A stretch of DNA of 64,000 bases from Reyranella sp. GTDB lineage: Bacteria; Pseudomonadota; Alphaproteobacteria; Reyranellales; Reyranellaceae. The notes under the pieces were generated by a model, which worked only from the letters and a program-made list of their open reading frames with translations, had not been told where the DNA came from and did not search any database. Both the position numbers and the translations under genes were made by a program. Below are positions 55,617 to 64,000 of the stretch, in pieces. The stretch is taken from positions 1,741,562-1,805,561 of the forward strand of contig NZ_CBDDJN010000002.1 of assembly GCF_965229815.1 (NCBI RefSeq), in the 5' to 3' direction. Each line of letters opens with the position of its first letter. Positions within the stretch are counted from its first letter, which is position 1.

Positions 55617-55728
55617 TCCGGACGTCCGTCGTCCCGAGCGCGGCGCGGGACCTTTGCGAGGCTCGGGGTCACGGGGAACTCGCCAGGCGCTTGCCCGGCG
55701 GAACCTCGGACCTTAGGTTGCGCCCGCC

Positions 55729-56475
55729 ATGGCCGACCGCTCCAATCCCGTCTACTGCGCCGTCGACACCGTCGACCTTCCTCTCGCCGCCCGGCTGATC
55801 AGGTCGGTGACCGGCGGGACCTGCCCGGCGGTGGGCGGCATCAAGCTCGGCCTCGAATTCTTCCTGGCCCATGGCGCGCCAGGCGTGCGCTACGCCTTCC
55901 CGGCGCCGGTACGCGCCACCGGGATCGGCTTCTTCCTCGACCTCAAGCTGCACGACATCCCCAACACGGTGGCCGGCGGCATCCGCGCCGTCGTCGAGCT
56001 GGAGCCGACCTTCATCACCATCCACACGGCGGGCGGCCCGGCGATGATGCGGGCGGCGGCGGAGACCGCGGCGGCGGAGGCGAGCCGTCTCGGCGTCGCC
56101 CGGCCGCGCCTGCTCGGGGTCACGGTGCTGACGTCGCTCGACCGCGCCGACCTCGAGGCGACCGGCGTTGCTGCCGATCCTTCCGGGCAGGTGCTGCGTC
56201 TGGCCGCGCTCGCCCGGCGCAGTGGCCTCGACGGCGTTATCTGCTCGCCACTCGAGATCGCTGCCCTGCGCGCCGAATGCGGCCCCGACTTCGTGCTGAT
56301 GGTGCCGGGCATCCGCCCGGCCGGCTCGGCGACCGGCGACCAGAAGCGGGTCATGACTCCGGGCGAGGCGGTGCGGCTCGGCGCCCATCATCTCGTGATC
56401 GGCCGGCCGATCACCGAGGCATCCGATCCCGCCGCGGCCGCCCAGGCGATCGCCCGCGAGCTCGGCGCCGGGTGA
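55729..56475 (+). CDS. pyrF: Orotidine 5'-phosphate decarboxylase
   Basis: KLGLEFF, DLKLHDIPNT, GVTVLTS, PGIRP, DQKRV and VIGRPI. Confidence 0.95.
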   Translation: MADRSNPVYCAVDTVDLPLAARLIRSVTGGTCPAVGGIKLGLEFFLAHGAPGVRYAFPAPVRATGIGFFLDLKLHDIPNTVAGGIRAVVELEPTFITIHTAGGPAMMRAAAETAAAEASRLGVARPRLLGVTVLTSLDRADLEATGVAADPSGQVLRLAALARRSGLDGVICSPLEIAALRAECGPDFVLMVPGIRPAGSATGDQKRVMTPGEAVRLGAHHLVIGRPITEASDPAAAAQAIARELGAG

Positions 56476-56479
56476 CGCC

Positions 56480-57130
56480 ATGGTCGAGGCCAAGATCTGC
56501 GGCCTGTCGACGCCCGAAACCATCGATGCGGCGGTCATGGGCGGCGCCCGCTTCGTCGGCTTCGTCACCTATCCTCGCTCGCCGCGCCATGTCGCCTCCA
56601 ACGACCTGCTGACAGCGCTGGGCGCGCGCGTGCCCGAGGGCGTGATCCGCACCGGCCTGTTCGTCGATCCCGACGATGCCCTGCTCGACGAGCGCCTCGC
56701 CACCGGCGCCATCGACCTCCTGCAGCTCCACGGCGCGGAGACGCCGGAGCGCGTCGCGTCGGTCAGGGCGCGGACGGGCAAGCCGGTGATGAAGGTCATC
56801 AAGGTCGGCCAGGCGTCCGACGTCGAGCGCGGCATCGCGGCCTACGGGACAGTCGCCGACCGGCTGATGTTCGATGCCGCCGAGGGGACCCTGCCGGGCG
56901 GCAATGCGACGGTCTTCGACTGGTCGTTCCTGTCGGGCCGGCGCGTGCCGCTGCCCTGGATGCTGGCCGGCGGGTTGACTCCGGACAATGTCGCCGAGGC
57001 GGTGCGGGTCACCGGCGCGCCGATCGTCGACGTTTCCTCTGGCGTGGAATCCAGCCGCGGTGTCAAATCCATCGAGCGGATTCGCGCCTTCCTCGACCGC
57101 GTGAAGGCGCTCCAGGGGAGCCCGGCATGA
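56480..57130 (+). CDS. trpF: Phosphoribosylanthranilate isomerase
   Basis: KICGL, QLHG.E, LAGGLTPDNV and DVSSGVES. Confidence 0.95.
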   Translation: MVEAKICGLSTPETIDAAVMGGARFVGFVTYPRSPRHVASNDLLTALGARVPEGVIRTGLFVDPDDALLDERLATGAIDLLQLHGAETPERVASVRARTGKPVMKVIKVGQASDVERGIAAYGTVADRLMFDAAEGTLPGGNATVFDWSFLSGRRVPLPWMLAGGLTPDNVAEAVRVTGAPIVDVSSGVESSRGVKSIERIRAFLDRVKALQGSPA

Positions 57131-57672
57131 AGACAGAACGGCGACTGAAGGAGCTCGGCATCGAGCTCACCAAGCCCACCTCGCCGATGGCGAACTACGT
57201 CAACGCGGTACGCACCGGCAACCTCCTGTACCTCGCCGGCAAGGGACCGGGCCTGCCGGGCCATCCGCTGCCGGTCGGCAAGGTCGGCCGCGAGTTCACG
57301 CGCGAGCAGGGCTACGAGTACGCGCGCCAGACCGGGCTCAGCCTGATCGCCGTCATGAAGGCCGAGCTGGGCGACCTCGACCGGGTGAAGCGGATCGTGA
57401 AGATCCTGGGCATGGTCAACGCCACCCCCGACTTCGGCGAGCATCCCGAGGTGATCAACGGCTGCTCGGACCTCTTCGTCACCGTGTTCGGCGACCGCGG
57501 CCGCCATGCGCGGTCGGCGGTCGGCATGGGCTCCCTGCCGCGCGGCATCCCGGTCGAGATCGAGGTGATCGTCGAGGTCAATTCCGCGCCGGTGCGCGCC
57601 ACTACCGCCGCCCGGACCCGCAAGTCGACCCAGAAGGCCAAGCGGAAGTCGGCCAAGACCAAGCGCCGGTAA
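57127..57672 (+). CDS. RidA/YjgF family protein with basic C-terminal tail
   Basis: RLKELGIEL..P..P.ANY, GNLLYLAG, NGCSDL, HARSAVG..SLP...PVEIE. The ATG overlaps the trpF stop. Confidence 0.9.
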   Translation: MKTERRLKELGIELTKPTSPMANYVNAVRTGNLLYLAGKGPGLPGHPLPVGKVGREFTREQGYEYARQTGLSLIAVMKAELGDLDRVKRIVKILGMVNATPDFGEHPEVINGCSDLFVTVFGDRGRHARSAVGMGSLPRGIPVEIEVIVEVNSAPVRATTAARTRKSTQKAKRKSAKTKRR

Positions 57673-57687
57673 ATCTGCGGGCGGCTT

Positions 57688-57715
57688 TTGACCGTATCCT
57701 GTCGGGCTGCTAAGT
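57688..57715 (+). promoter_or_regulatory. Putative internal sigma70 promoter for trpBA
   Basis: TTGACC-N15-GCTAAGT resembles the Caulobacter-type TTGACG/GCTANAW consensus. Confidence 0.5.
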
Positions 57716-57737
57716 CCGCGGTCCGACAGGGAAAGCC

Positions 57738-58955
57738 ATGCCGACCTCACCCAACAGTTTTCGCACCGGTCCCGACGAGCGCGGGCATTTCGGCATCTTC
57801 GGCGGCCGCTACGTCGCCGAGACCCTGATGCCGCTCATCCTCGAGCTGGAGCAGGCCTACAATACGGCCAAGGCCGATCCGCAGTTCCAGGGCGAGCTCA
57901 CGTCGCTGCTGAAGCACTATGCCGGGCGGCCGAGCCCCCTCTACTTCGCCGACCGCCTGACGAAGAAGCTGGGCGGCGCGAAGATCTATCTCAAGCGCGA
58001 CGAGCTCAACCACACCGGCAGCCACAAGATCAACAACGTGCTGGGCCAGGTGCTGCTGGCCAAGCGCATGGGCAAGACCCGCGTGATCGCCGAGACCGGC
58101 GCCGGCCAGCACGGCGTTGCCACGGCGACGGCCTGCGCGCTGTTCGACATTCCCTGCGTGGTGTTCATGGGCTCGGTCGACGTCGACCGCCAGGCACCCA
58201 ACGTGTTCCGCATGAAGATGCTGGGCGCGGAGGTGCGGCCGGTGACGTCGGGCGCCTCGACTCTCAAGGACGCCATGAACGAGGCGCTGCGCGACTGGGT
58301 GGCGACCTGCGAGACGACCTTCTACTGCATCGGCACGGTGGCGGGCCCGCATCCGTATCCCGCGATGGTCCGCGACTTCCAGTGCGTGATCGGCGACGAG
58401 GTGCGCAGCCAGATGATGGAAGCCGAAGGCCGCCTCCCGGACACGCTGGTCGCCTGCATCGGCGGCGGCTCGAACGCCATGGGCCTGTTCCATCCCTTCC
58501 TCGACGACAAGAGCGTGCGCATCGTCGGCGTCGAGGCGGCCGGACGGGGCGTCGAGACCGGCGAGCATGCGGCATCGATCGCCGGCGGCCGGCCGGGCGT
58601 GCTGCACGGCAACCGCACCTACCTGCTGCAGGACAAGGAAGGCCAGATCACCGAGGCGCATTCGATCTCGGCCGGCCTCGACTATCCGGGCATCGGCCCC
58701 GAGCATTCCTGGCTCAAGGACCAGGGTCGCGTCGAATATGTCTCGGCGACCGACGACGAGGCACTCGACGCCTTCCATCTCCTGTGCCGGCTCGAGGGCA
58801 TCATTCCCGCGCTCGAATCCTCGCATGCGCTGGCCTACGTGAAGAAGCTCGCGCCGACCCTGCCGAAGGACAACCTGCTGGTCGCCAATCTCTCCGGCCG
58901 CGGCGACAAGGACGTGCCGCAGGTGGCGGCGCGCATGGGGATCGATATCCGATGA
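57738..58955 (+). CDS. trpB: Tryptophan synthase beta chain
   Basis: [45 protein letters not shown] and NLSGRGDKD. Confidence 0.98.
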   Translation: MPTSPNSFRTGPDERGHFGIFGGRYVAETLMPLILELEQAYNTAKADPQFQGELTSLLKHYAGRPSPLYFADRLTKKLGGAKIYLKRDELNHTGSHKINNVLGQVLLAKRMGKTRVIAETGAGQHGVATATACALFDIPCVVFMGSVDVDRQAPNVFRMKMLGAEVRPVTSGASTLKDAMNEALRDWVATCETTFYCIGTVAGPHPYPAMVRDFQCVIGDEVRSQMMEAEGRLPDTLVACIGGGSNAMGLFHPFLDDKSVRIVGVEAAGRGVETGEHAASIAGGRPGVLHGNRTYLLQDKEGQITEAHSISAGLDYPGIGPEHSWLKDQGRVEYVSATDDEALDAFHLLCRLEGIIPALESSHALAYVKKLAPTLPKDNLLVANLSGRGDKDVPQVAARMGIDIR

Positions 58956-59785
58956 GCCGCATCACCCAGCGTTTCGACAAGCTCAAGGCCGACAAGCGCG
59001 CCGGCCTCGTCGCCTACATCTCGGCCGGCGATCCCAACGCCGAGATCGGCTACGAGATCCTGAAGGGCCTGCCGGCGGCCGGCGCCGACCTGATCGAGCT
59101 CGGCATGCCGTTCACCGACCCGATGGCCGACGGCCCGTCGATCCAGGCGGCCGGCCAGCGCGCGCTCAAGGCGGGCATGACGGTCGAGAAGACCTTCGAC
59201 ATGGTGCGCCGCTTCCGCAAGGAGACCGGCGACGACGCCACGCCGATCCTGCTGATGGGCTACTACAATCTCGTCTACCAGCGCGGCGTCGAGCGGTTCT
59301 GCAAGGAGGCCGCCGCCGCGGGCGTCGACGGGTTCATCCTGGTCGACCTGCCGCCCGAGGAAGCCGACGAATTGAAGCCGCATGCCGAGGCGAACGGTCT
59401 CGACACGGTGCTGCTGACGGCGCCCACCACCGACGACAAGCGGCTGCCCGCGGTGCTGAAATATTCCGCGGGCTTCGTCTACTTCGTGTCGGTGCTGGGG
59501 ATCACCGGAGCCAAGTCGGCGACCGAGGAAGCGGTGGCGTCCCATGTCGGACGCATCAAGCGCCACACAAATCTACCGGTCGGTGTCGGCTTCGGCATCA
59601 AGACGCCGGAGCAGGCCGCGGCCGTGGCCCGCCACGCCGACGCGGCCGTCGTCGGCACCGCCATCGTCGACCGCGTCAAGGCGGGGCTCGACGAGGCCGG
59701 CAAGCCCAAGCCCGATCTGCTGCCCGGCGTGTTCGCCTACATCAAGGCCCTGGCCGAGGGCGTGCGCGGCGTGCGCAAGGGCTGA
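58952..59785 (+). CDS. trpA: Tryptophan synthase alpha chain
   Basis: [38 protein letters not shown] and VGFGI. Confidence 0.97.
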   Translation: MSRITQRFDKLKADKRAGLVAYISAGDPNAEIGYEILKGLPAAGADLIELGMPFTDPMADGPSIQAAGQRALKAGMTVEKTFDMVRRFRKETGDDATPILLMGYYNLVYQRGVERFCKEAAAAGVDGFILVDLPPEEADELKPHAEANGLDTVLLTAPTTDDKRLPAVLKYSAGFVYFVSVLGITGAKSATEEAVASHVGRIKRHTNLPVGVGFGIKTPEQAAAVARHADAAVVGTAIVDRVKAGLDEAGKPKPDLLPGVFAYIKALAEGVRGVRKG

Positions 59786-59917
59786 ATCTGCGGGCAACCT
59801 GCGGTTGGCCGCGCGCTGTGACCAATTGCTGCGCGCACGCCCGAGTTCATCGTCAGGTCATGTTGGTGGTCCCATATCCCGGTCGACCCCGATCCCGGTC
59901 GATCCGAGGAGACCGAC

Positions 59918-60301
59918 ATGCCGCCCTATCCGACCGATGCCAAGGCCAAGCTCTGCCGCCGGTTCCTCGCCGCCCTGGAGGCGCTCGACGCGGCCGGCCG
60001 CGAGCCCGACCGCTGGGAGGAGGAGTGCCTCGCCTATGCGCTGGGGGCGATGGCCTGCGGCATGTACCTGGTCGCCGAGGTCGAGCTCGAGGCGTTCCAA
60101 CGGGCGCCTTCGGAACGCTCGCCGGACGAAGTCGCCGCCCTCATCGCCAAGCCGCGCCGCTTCACCAAGGACATGTTGCGGGCGGGCCTCGAGTATACGC
60201 AGGCGCGCTTCGGCAAAGCCGGCAGCGCTTCCCCCGACATTCCCGCGGCCCTCACCGCCGCTTCCGTCGATCTGCAGTCCTCGCTGCCCGTGACGGCCTG
60301 A
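59918..60301 (+). CDS. Hypothetical protein (127 aa)
   Basis: GAGGAG SD and strong GC3 codon bias; no recognisable family. Confidence 0.75.
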   Translation: MPPYPTDAKAKLCRRFLAALEALDAAGREPDRWEEECLAYALGAMACGMYLVAEVELEAFQRAPSERSPDEVAALIAKPRRFTKDMLRAGLEYTQARFGKAGSASPDIPAALTAASVDLQSSLPVTA

Positions 60302-60339
60302 CGCCCCTCGGACGGCGCGCTTCGACCTGCCGCTTCCGC

Positions 60340-61143
60340 CTACAGTCGCCGCAGTGCGTGACGCATGAGCCGGATGATGCGCTTCTCATTGCGCGCGATC
60401 CGGTCGACCCAGCCAGCGACGCCGAGCGCGTAGACCTGATCTTGCGGCTCCGGGCCCGTCGGCGGGAAGCGCATGGCGATGTGACCGCCACCCGGGGTCA
60501 CGAGGTTCCTCGAGAAGAAGTATCCCTGCCGTCGCATCCGGTCGACGTTCTCCAGGACGCGCCGCAATTCGATCCGGTCGCGGCCCGAACGGTGCTCGGC
60601 ATTGGTCCGTCGTACCAGGGCTGCAATCTCGCGTTCGTCCGCTTCGCTCAGAAGCGCAAATCCGGATGCGGACCATACGAGCAGGCGCCGCGTGCCTGTC
60701 GGCACATGGATGCGCAGGGCGTTCGTCGCCTGCACCACGCGGATGTACTGGGCGTAGATGCCGTTTCGCGCGGCGATCGAGATGGTTTCGCCTGTCCCGG
60801 CGCTGAGCTCCTGCAGCATGCGGGCGAACGAGCCGTCTTCGGCCGAGGCGCGTGTCGTCCACGAACCGAGCATGCCGACCCGCAGCGTCGGCTTGAACGT
60901 CCGCTGCGTCCGGTCATGCGAAAGATAGCCGAGCTGAACCAGGCTGTGCAGCAGCACCGAGGTGGATGAAGGCGGCAGGCCGAGGCGCCGGCTGATCTCG
61001 GTCAGTCGCGCCTCGCGCTGGACGTCGTCGAAGAATTCGAGAATGCGCAGCGCCCGCGCTGCCGACTTCACGACCGCATCCTCGCGCGCCGCAGCGTCGA
61101 CGATCAGCAGAGCCCCTCGTGAATTTCGCGGCTTCGCCGGCAT
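60340..61143 (-). CDS. IclR family transcriptional regulator
   Basis: KSAARALRILE...LTEISRRLGLPPSST..LL.SL..LGYL HTH; ETISI, SASG.ALL and R..GY effector-domain motifs. Start uncertain. Confidence 0.9.
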   Translation of the reverse strand: MPAKPRNSRGALLIVDAAAREDAVVKSAARALRILEFFDDVQREARLTEISRRLGLPPSSTSVLLHSLVQLGYLSHDRTQRTFKPTLRVGMLGSWTTRASAEDGSFARMLQELSAGTGETISIAARNGIYAQYIRVVQATNALRIHVPTGTRRLLVWSASGFALLSEADEREIAALVRRTNAEHRSGRDRIELRRVLENVDRMRRQGYFFSRNLVTPGGGHIAMRFPPTGPEPQDQVYALGVAGWVDRIARNEKRIIRLMRHALRRL

Positions 61144-61173
61144 GAGGAAAGGCTACCAGAACGGGGCAGCGGC

Positions 61174-61187
61174 TTCACATACGTGAA
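61174..61187. promoter_or_regulatory. Candidate IclR operator TTCAC-ATAC-GTGAA
   Basis: Palindrome in the divergent promoter gap, 30 nt from the IclR start. Confidence 0.5.
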
Positions 61188-61290
61188 TTGTTCGCGCGCG
61201 GGATGGAATCCGCTGCGGCCGGCCCTACGATTGTCGTCCCAAGGAGAGAAGGAAAGGCAAACGACCTTTCCCTCATGTTGAGGAGACGCC

Positions 61291-61467
61291 ATGCGAGAGG
61301 TCCGGTTCGACCCGCTTCGTGTGCAGTTCGATCTGCGGCCCGCAGGAAAGCCTGGGGTGCCTTCTCGCAGCGGAAACGTGATGCCGGCGGTCCAGGAGGT
61401 TCACGGAAGATCTTCGATCCGGCGTTCGGCCGCCGGAGCGTGCGGGCTTTGGACGGCGAAAGAATAG
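61291..61467 (+). CDS. Candidate 58-aa small ORF upstream of dctP
   Basis: GAGGAG SD five nt before ATG 61291; open to TAG at 61465-61467; below the ORF-track cut-off. Confidence 0.3.
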   Translation: MREVRFDPLRVQFDLRPAGKPGVPSRSGNVMPAVQEVHGRSSIRRSAAGACGLWTAKE

Positions 61468-61487
61468 ACAATAGGAGGAGGAACGAG

Positions 61488-62492
61488 ATGAAGATGATCG
61501 GCGGGCCGGCACGAGTCGGTGCCATGTCCCTCGCGACGATCCTGCTGGGCATGTTGGTGGCTGCGGCTCCGGCCGGCGCGACCAACTGGAAGACCTACAG
61601 CTACAATCCGACGGCGACGCATCCTGCCATTGTCGGCCTCGAGAAGATGGCCGAGCAGATCGACAAGGCGACGAACGGCAAGATCAAGATGAAGGTGAGT
61701 GTCGGCGGTTCGCTGCCGATCAGTGCCACCGACATAACGCAGGCCGTCGCCGACAATGTCGTGCAGGTTGGCGCCGACGGCTTTTTCCTGGGCAACATCC
61801 GGATCGGTGGCGTGCTGCGCCTGCCGTTGCTGCTGACCACCCGCGATCAGTATGAGAAGGCGGCCGAGATCATGGAGCCGTACCTGGAGAAGGCCCTCGC
61901 CAAGCAGGGCGTGACGCTGCTCGCGCAGTACCTCTATCCGCTTCAGGTCGCCTGGTCTTCGCGGGAGCTCAAATCCCTCGAGGACATCAAGGGGCAGAAG
62001 CTGCGCGTCACGTCGCCCGAACAGGGGGAGTTCGTGAAGCGGTTCGGCGGAATCCCCGTGACGATCGGCGCGCCGGAAGTCGCTTCGTCGCTGCAGCGCG
62101 GCGTCGTGAACGGCGTCTTCACCGCCAGTGCGGGCGGTGGCCGCATCTGGAAGGAGATGCTGAAGTACAACTACCGGCTCGGTCCGAACTGGTTCAACAG
62201 CCTGATCATCGTGAACACCAAGGCGTTCGACCGGCTGAGCGACAAGGAAAAGCAGGCGGTACGCAAGGCGGCCCAGGATGCCGCGGCGTGGATGACCGAG
62301 ACGATGAAGGGCGAGGAAAGCCAGATCACGAAGGAGCTCGCCGCCGGCGGCATGGTCGTGACCGAACCGACCCAGGCCCAGATCGATGCCGGCGTCGCGA
62401 AGATGCGGGACTACTGGCCGCAATGGGCCAAGGAAGTCGGCCCCGAGGCGGAGGAGGCGCTGGCGAAGGTCCGCAAGGCCATTGGTCAGTAG
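61488..62492 (+). CDS. dctP: TRAP transporter substrate-binding protein
   Basis: AGGAGG SD, signal peptide, T.GKIK..V..GG.L, DIKGQKLRV, PVTI..PEV..SLQRGVVNG. Confidence 0.92.
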   Translation: MKMIGGPARVGAMSLATILLGMLVAAAPAGATNWKTYSYNPTATHPAIVGLEKMAEQIDKATNGKIKMKVSVGGSLPISATDITQAVADNVVQVGADGFFLGNIRIGGVLRLPLLLTTRDQYEKAAEIMEPYLEKALAKQGVTLLAQYLYPLQVAWSSRELKSLEDIKGQKLRVTSPEQGEFVKRFGGIPVTIGAPEVASSLQRGVVNGVFTASAGGGRIWKEMLKYNYRLGPNWFNSLIIVNTKAFDRLSDKEKQAVRKAAQDAAAWMTETMKGEESQITKELAAGGMVVTEPTQAQIDAGVAKMRDYWPQWAKEVGPEAEEALAKVRKAIGQ

Positions 62493-62555
62493 CGTAATCT
62501 GTCTTGCCTCGCTGCGGTCCACGGGCTCGTGGGCCGCAGCGTCGCGGAGGCGGGG

Positions 62556-63068
62556 ATGAACCGTTCCTTCCTGTCGTGGATCGTCGAGGCGAGCGCGCGC
62601 CTCGCCGAGCTGCTGATGCTGGCCATGATGGCCTTGATCACCGTCGAGATCGTCTGTCGCAGCTTCCTGGGATTTTCGCTCCTGCTGGTCGACGAAGTCG
62701 CGGGCTACGTGCTGGTGGCGATCCTGTTTCTCGGGGTCACCACGAGCTTCCGCAGCGGTAGCCTGTTGCGGGTGGAGTTCGTCATCAACAACCTGCCGGC
62801 GAGAGCGCAGCTCTGGCTCGATGCGGCCTTCGATCTGATCGGCTTCGCTTTCGTGGCGATCCTCGACTACGCGTTGATCAACTTCGTCAGGTCCACCTTC
62901 GAGCGCGACATGCACGCGCCGACCCTGCTGGGGACGCCGCTGTACATTCCGCAGGCGGTGATGCCCGTGGGTGCCACGCTCCTGGCCGTTGCCCTGCTGG
63001 CCTCGACGGTCGACAAGGCAAGGCGCGCCTGGACCGGGCGGATCCCGGACGAGAGCGGTGCGCGCTGA
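62556..63068 (+). CDS. dctQ: TRAP transporter small permease
   Basis: Four TM helices; EIVCRSF, DEVAGY and LLRVEF; positioned between dctP and dctM. Confidence 0.9.
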   Translation: MNRSFLSWIVEASARLAELLMLAMMALITVEIVCRSFLGFSLLLVDEVAGYVLVAILFLGVTTSFRSGSLLRVEFVINNLPARAQLWLDAAFDLIGFAFVAILDYALINFVRSTFERDMHAPTLLGTPLYIPQAVMPVGATLLAVALLASTVDKARRAWTGRIPDESGAR

Positions 63069-64000
63069 TGGAATGGATCGTCGAATCGTCCTGGGTCGTC
63101 GTCCTGTTCGTCGGCCTGTTGCTCGGGGGCTTGTGGATTCCCTTCGCGATGGGGGCGGCGGCCAGTCTCCTTCTCTTCACGACGAACGGCTGGAGCGGCT
63201 TCAATGCCTACGGGCTCATAACCTGGGGCAGCGTCAACAGCTTCACCCTGACCGCAATCCCGATGTTCATCCTGATGGCCGAGGTGCTGGTCCAGAGTGG
63301 GGTCGGAGCCCGGGTCTATCGCGGCCTCGCCGTGTCGGTGCGCTACCTGCCGGGCGGCCTGCTGCAGACCAACATCCTGGGCTGCGCGCTGTTTTCCGCC
63401 ATCAGCGGCTCGAGCGTCGCGACCGCGGCGGCAATCGGTACGGTGGCGTTGCCTGAACTGGAAGAGCGGAACTACGACCCCAAACTGTCGGCCGGCACGC
63501 TGGCCGCCGGCGGCACGCTCGGAATCCTCATCCCGCCCAGCATCGCCATGATCCTCTATGGATCCTTCACCGAGGTCTCGATCGCCAAGCTGTTCATGGC
63601 GGGCGTGTTGCCGGGGCTGCTCCTGGCGGCGCTGTTCATGGCCTATGTGGCCGTCCGAGCGTTGTTGCGTCCCGATCTGGCGCCGCGCAGGGCGATGGCG
63701 GCGCAGTCGATGCTGGCGACTGCGAGCCAGCTCCTGCCGTTCGTGGTGCTGATCGGCCTGGTGCTCGGCGGCATCTATTTCGGGGTGGTGACGCCGACCG
63801 AGGCGGGCGCCGTCGGGAGCGCGCTGTCGCTGCTGATCGCGGTGATCTGGGGTCGCTTCGGGTGGCGCGAGTTCCGGATCGCGATCCGCAACAGCACGAG
63901 GGTCAGCGCCGGCCTGCTGTTCATCGTGCTGGCCGCCTACCTGTTCGCCTATGCCGTCGAGGATGCCGGCATCGCTTCCTCGCTGACCGAGTGGTTCGTC
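63068..64000 (+). CDS. dctM: TRAP transporter large permease (5' part, runs off the window)
   Basis: ATG at 63068 overlaps the dctQ TGA; LTAIPMFILM, FSAISGSSVATAAAIG, AGGTLGILIPPSI and TPTEAGAVG. Confidence 0.94.
   Translation, partial: MEWIVESSWVVVLFVGLLLGGLWIPFAMGAAASLLLFTTNGWSGFNAYGLITWGSVNSFTLTAIPMFILMAEVLVQSGVGARVYRGLAVSVRYLPGGLLQTNILGCALFSAISGSSVATAAAIGTVALPELEERNYDPKLSAGTLAAGGTLGILIPPSIAMILYGSFTEVSIAKLFMAGVLPGLLLAALFMAYVAVRALLRPDLAPRRAMAAQSMLATASQLLPFVVLIGLVLGGIYFGVVTPTEAGAVGSALSLLIAVIWGRFGWREFRIAIRNSTRVSAGLLFIVLAAYLFAYAVEDAGIASSLTEWFV

Noticed and set aside
55628-55656. GTCGTCCCGAGCGCGGCGCGGGACCTTTG resembling another REP type
   Set aside because: Single degenerate copy in the window; family membership cannot be confirmed without the genome.

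Overview
High-GC alphaproteobacterial chromosome segment; the gene styles and repeats suggest a Reyranella-like organism (inference). From left to right it contains: the right end of an IS5-family element butting against ynfA; a decayed type I-G-like CRISPR mini-array with no cas genes in the window, one spacer of which holds a perfect CtrA box; an orphan phage small-terminase-like gene; argD-argF-hslO; a ceramide biosynthesis cluster (fatty acyl-AMP ligase, CerR-like reductase, ACP, serine palmitoyltransferase, metallophosphoesterase, bCerS-like N-acyltransferase, MFS transporter); ornithine decarboxylase with a structured uORF-containing leader plus homospermidine synthase; a secreted Ntn hydrolase, a circularly permuted D-amino-acid oxidase, an FGE-family protein, an antiporter and an SDR; a Pho-box-controlled ugpQ/ugpBAEC locus; the alpha-glucan/trehalose cluster glgE-treS/mak-glgB-glgX-treZ-malQ-treY; a DUF3500-redoxin-DsbD/ScsB module; L- and D-N-carbamoylase-like genes with a uronate dehydrogenase-like SDR; housekeeping genes (S49 peptidase, tRNA methylase, ispB, glpK, pyrF-trpF-ridA-trpB-trpA); and an IclR/TRAP accessory locus that runs off the right edge. 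All calls come from reading the sequence and from recalled family motifs. No database searches or folding programs were run, and several start codons were adjusted by eye from the ORF track.
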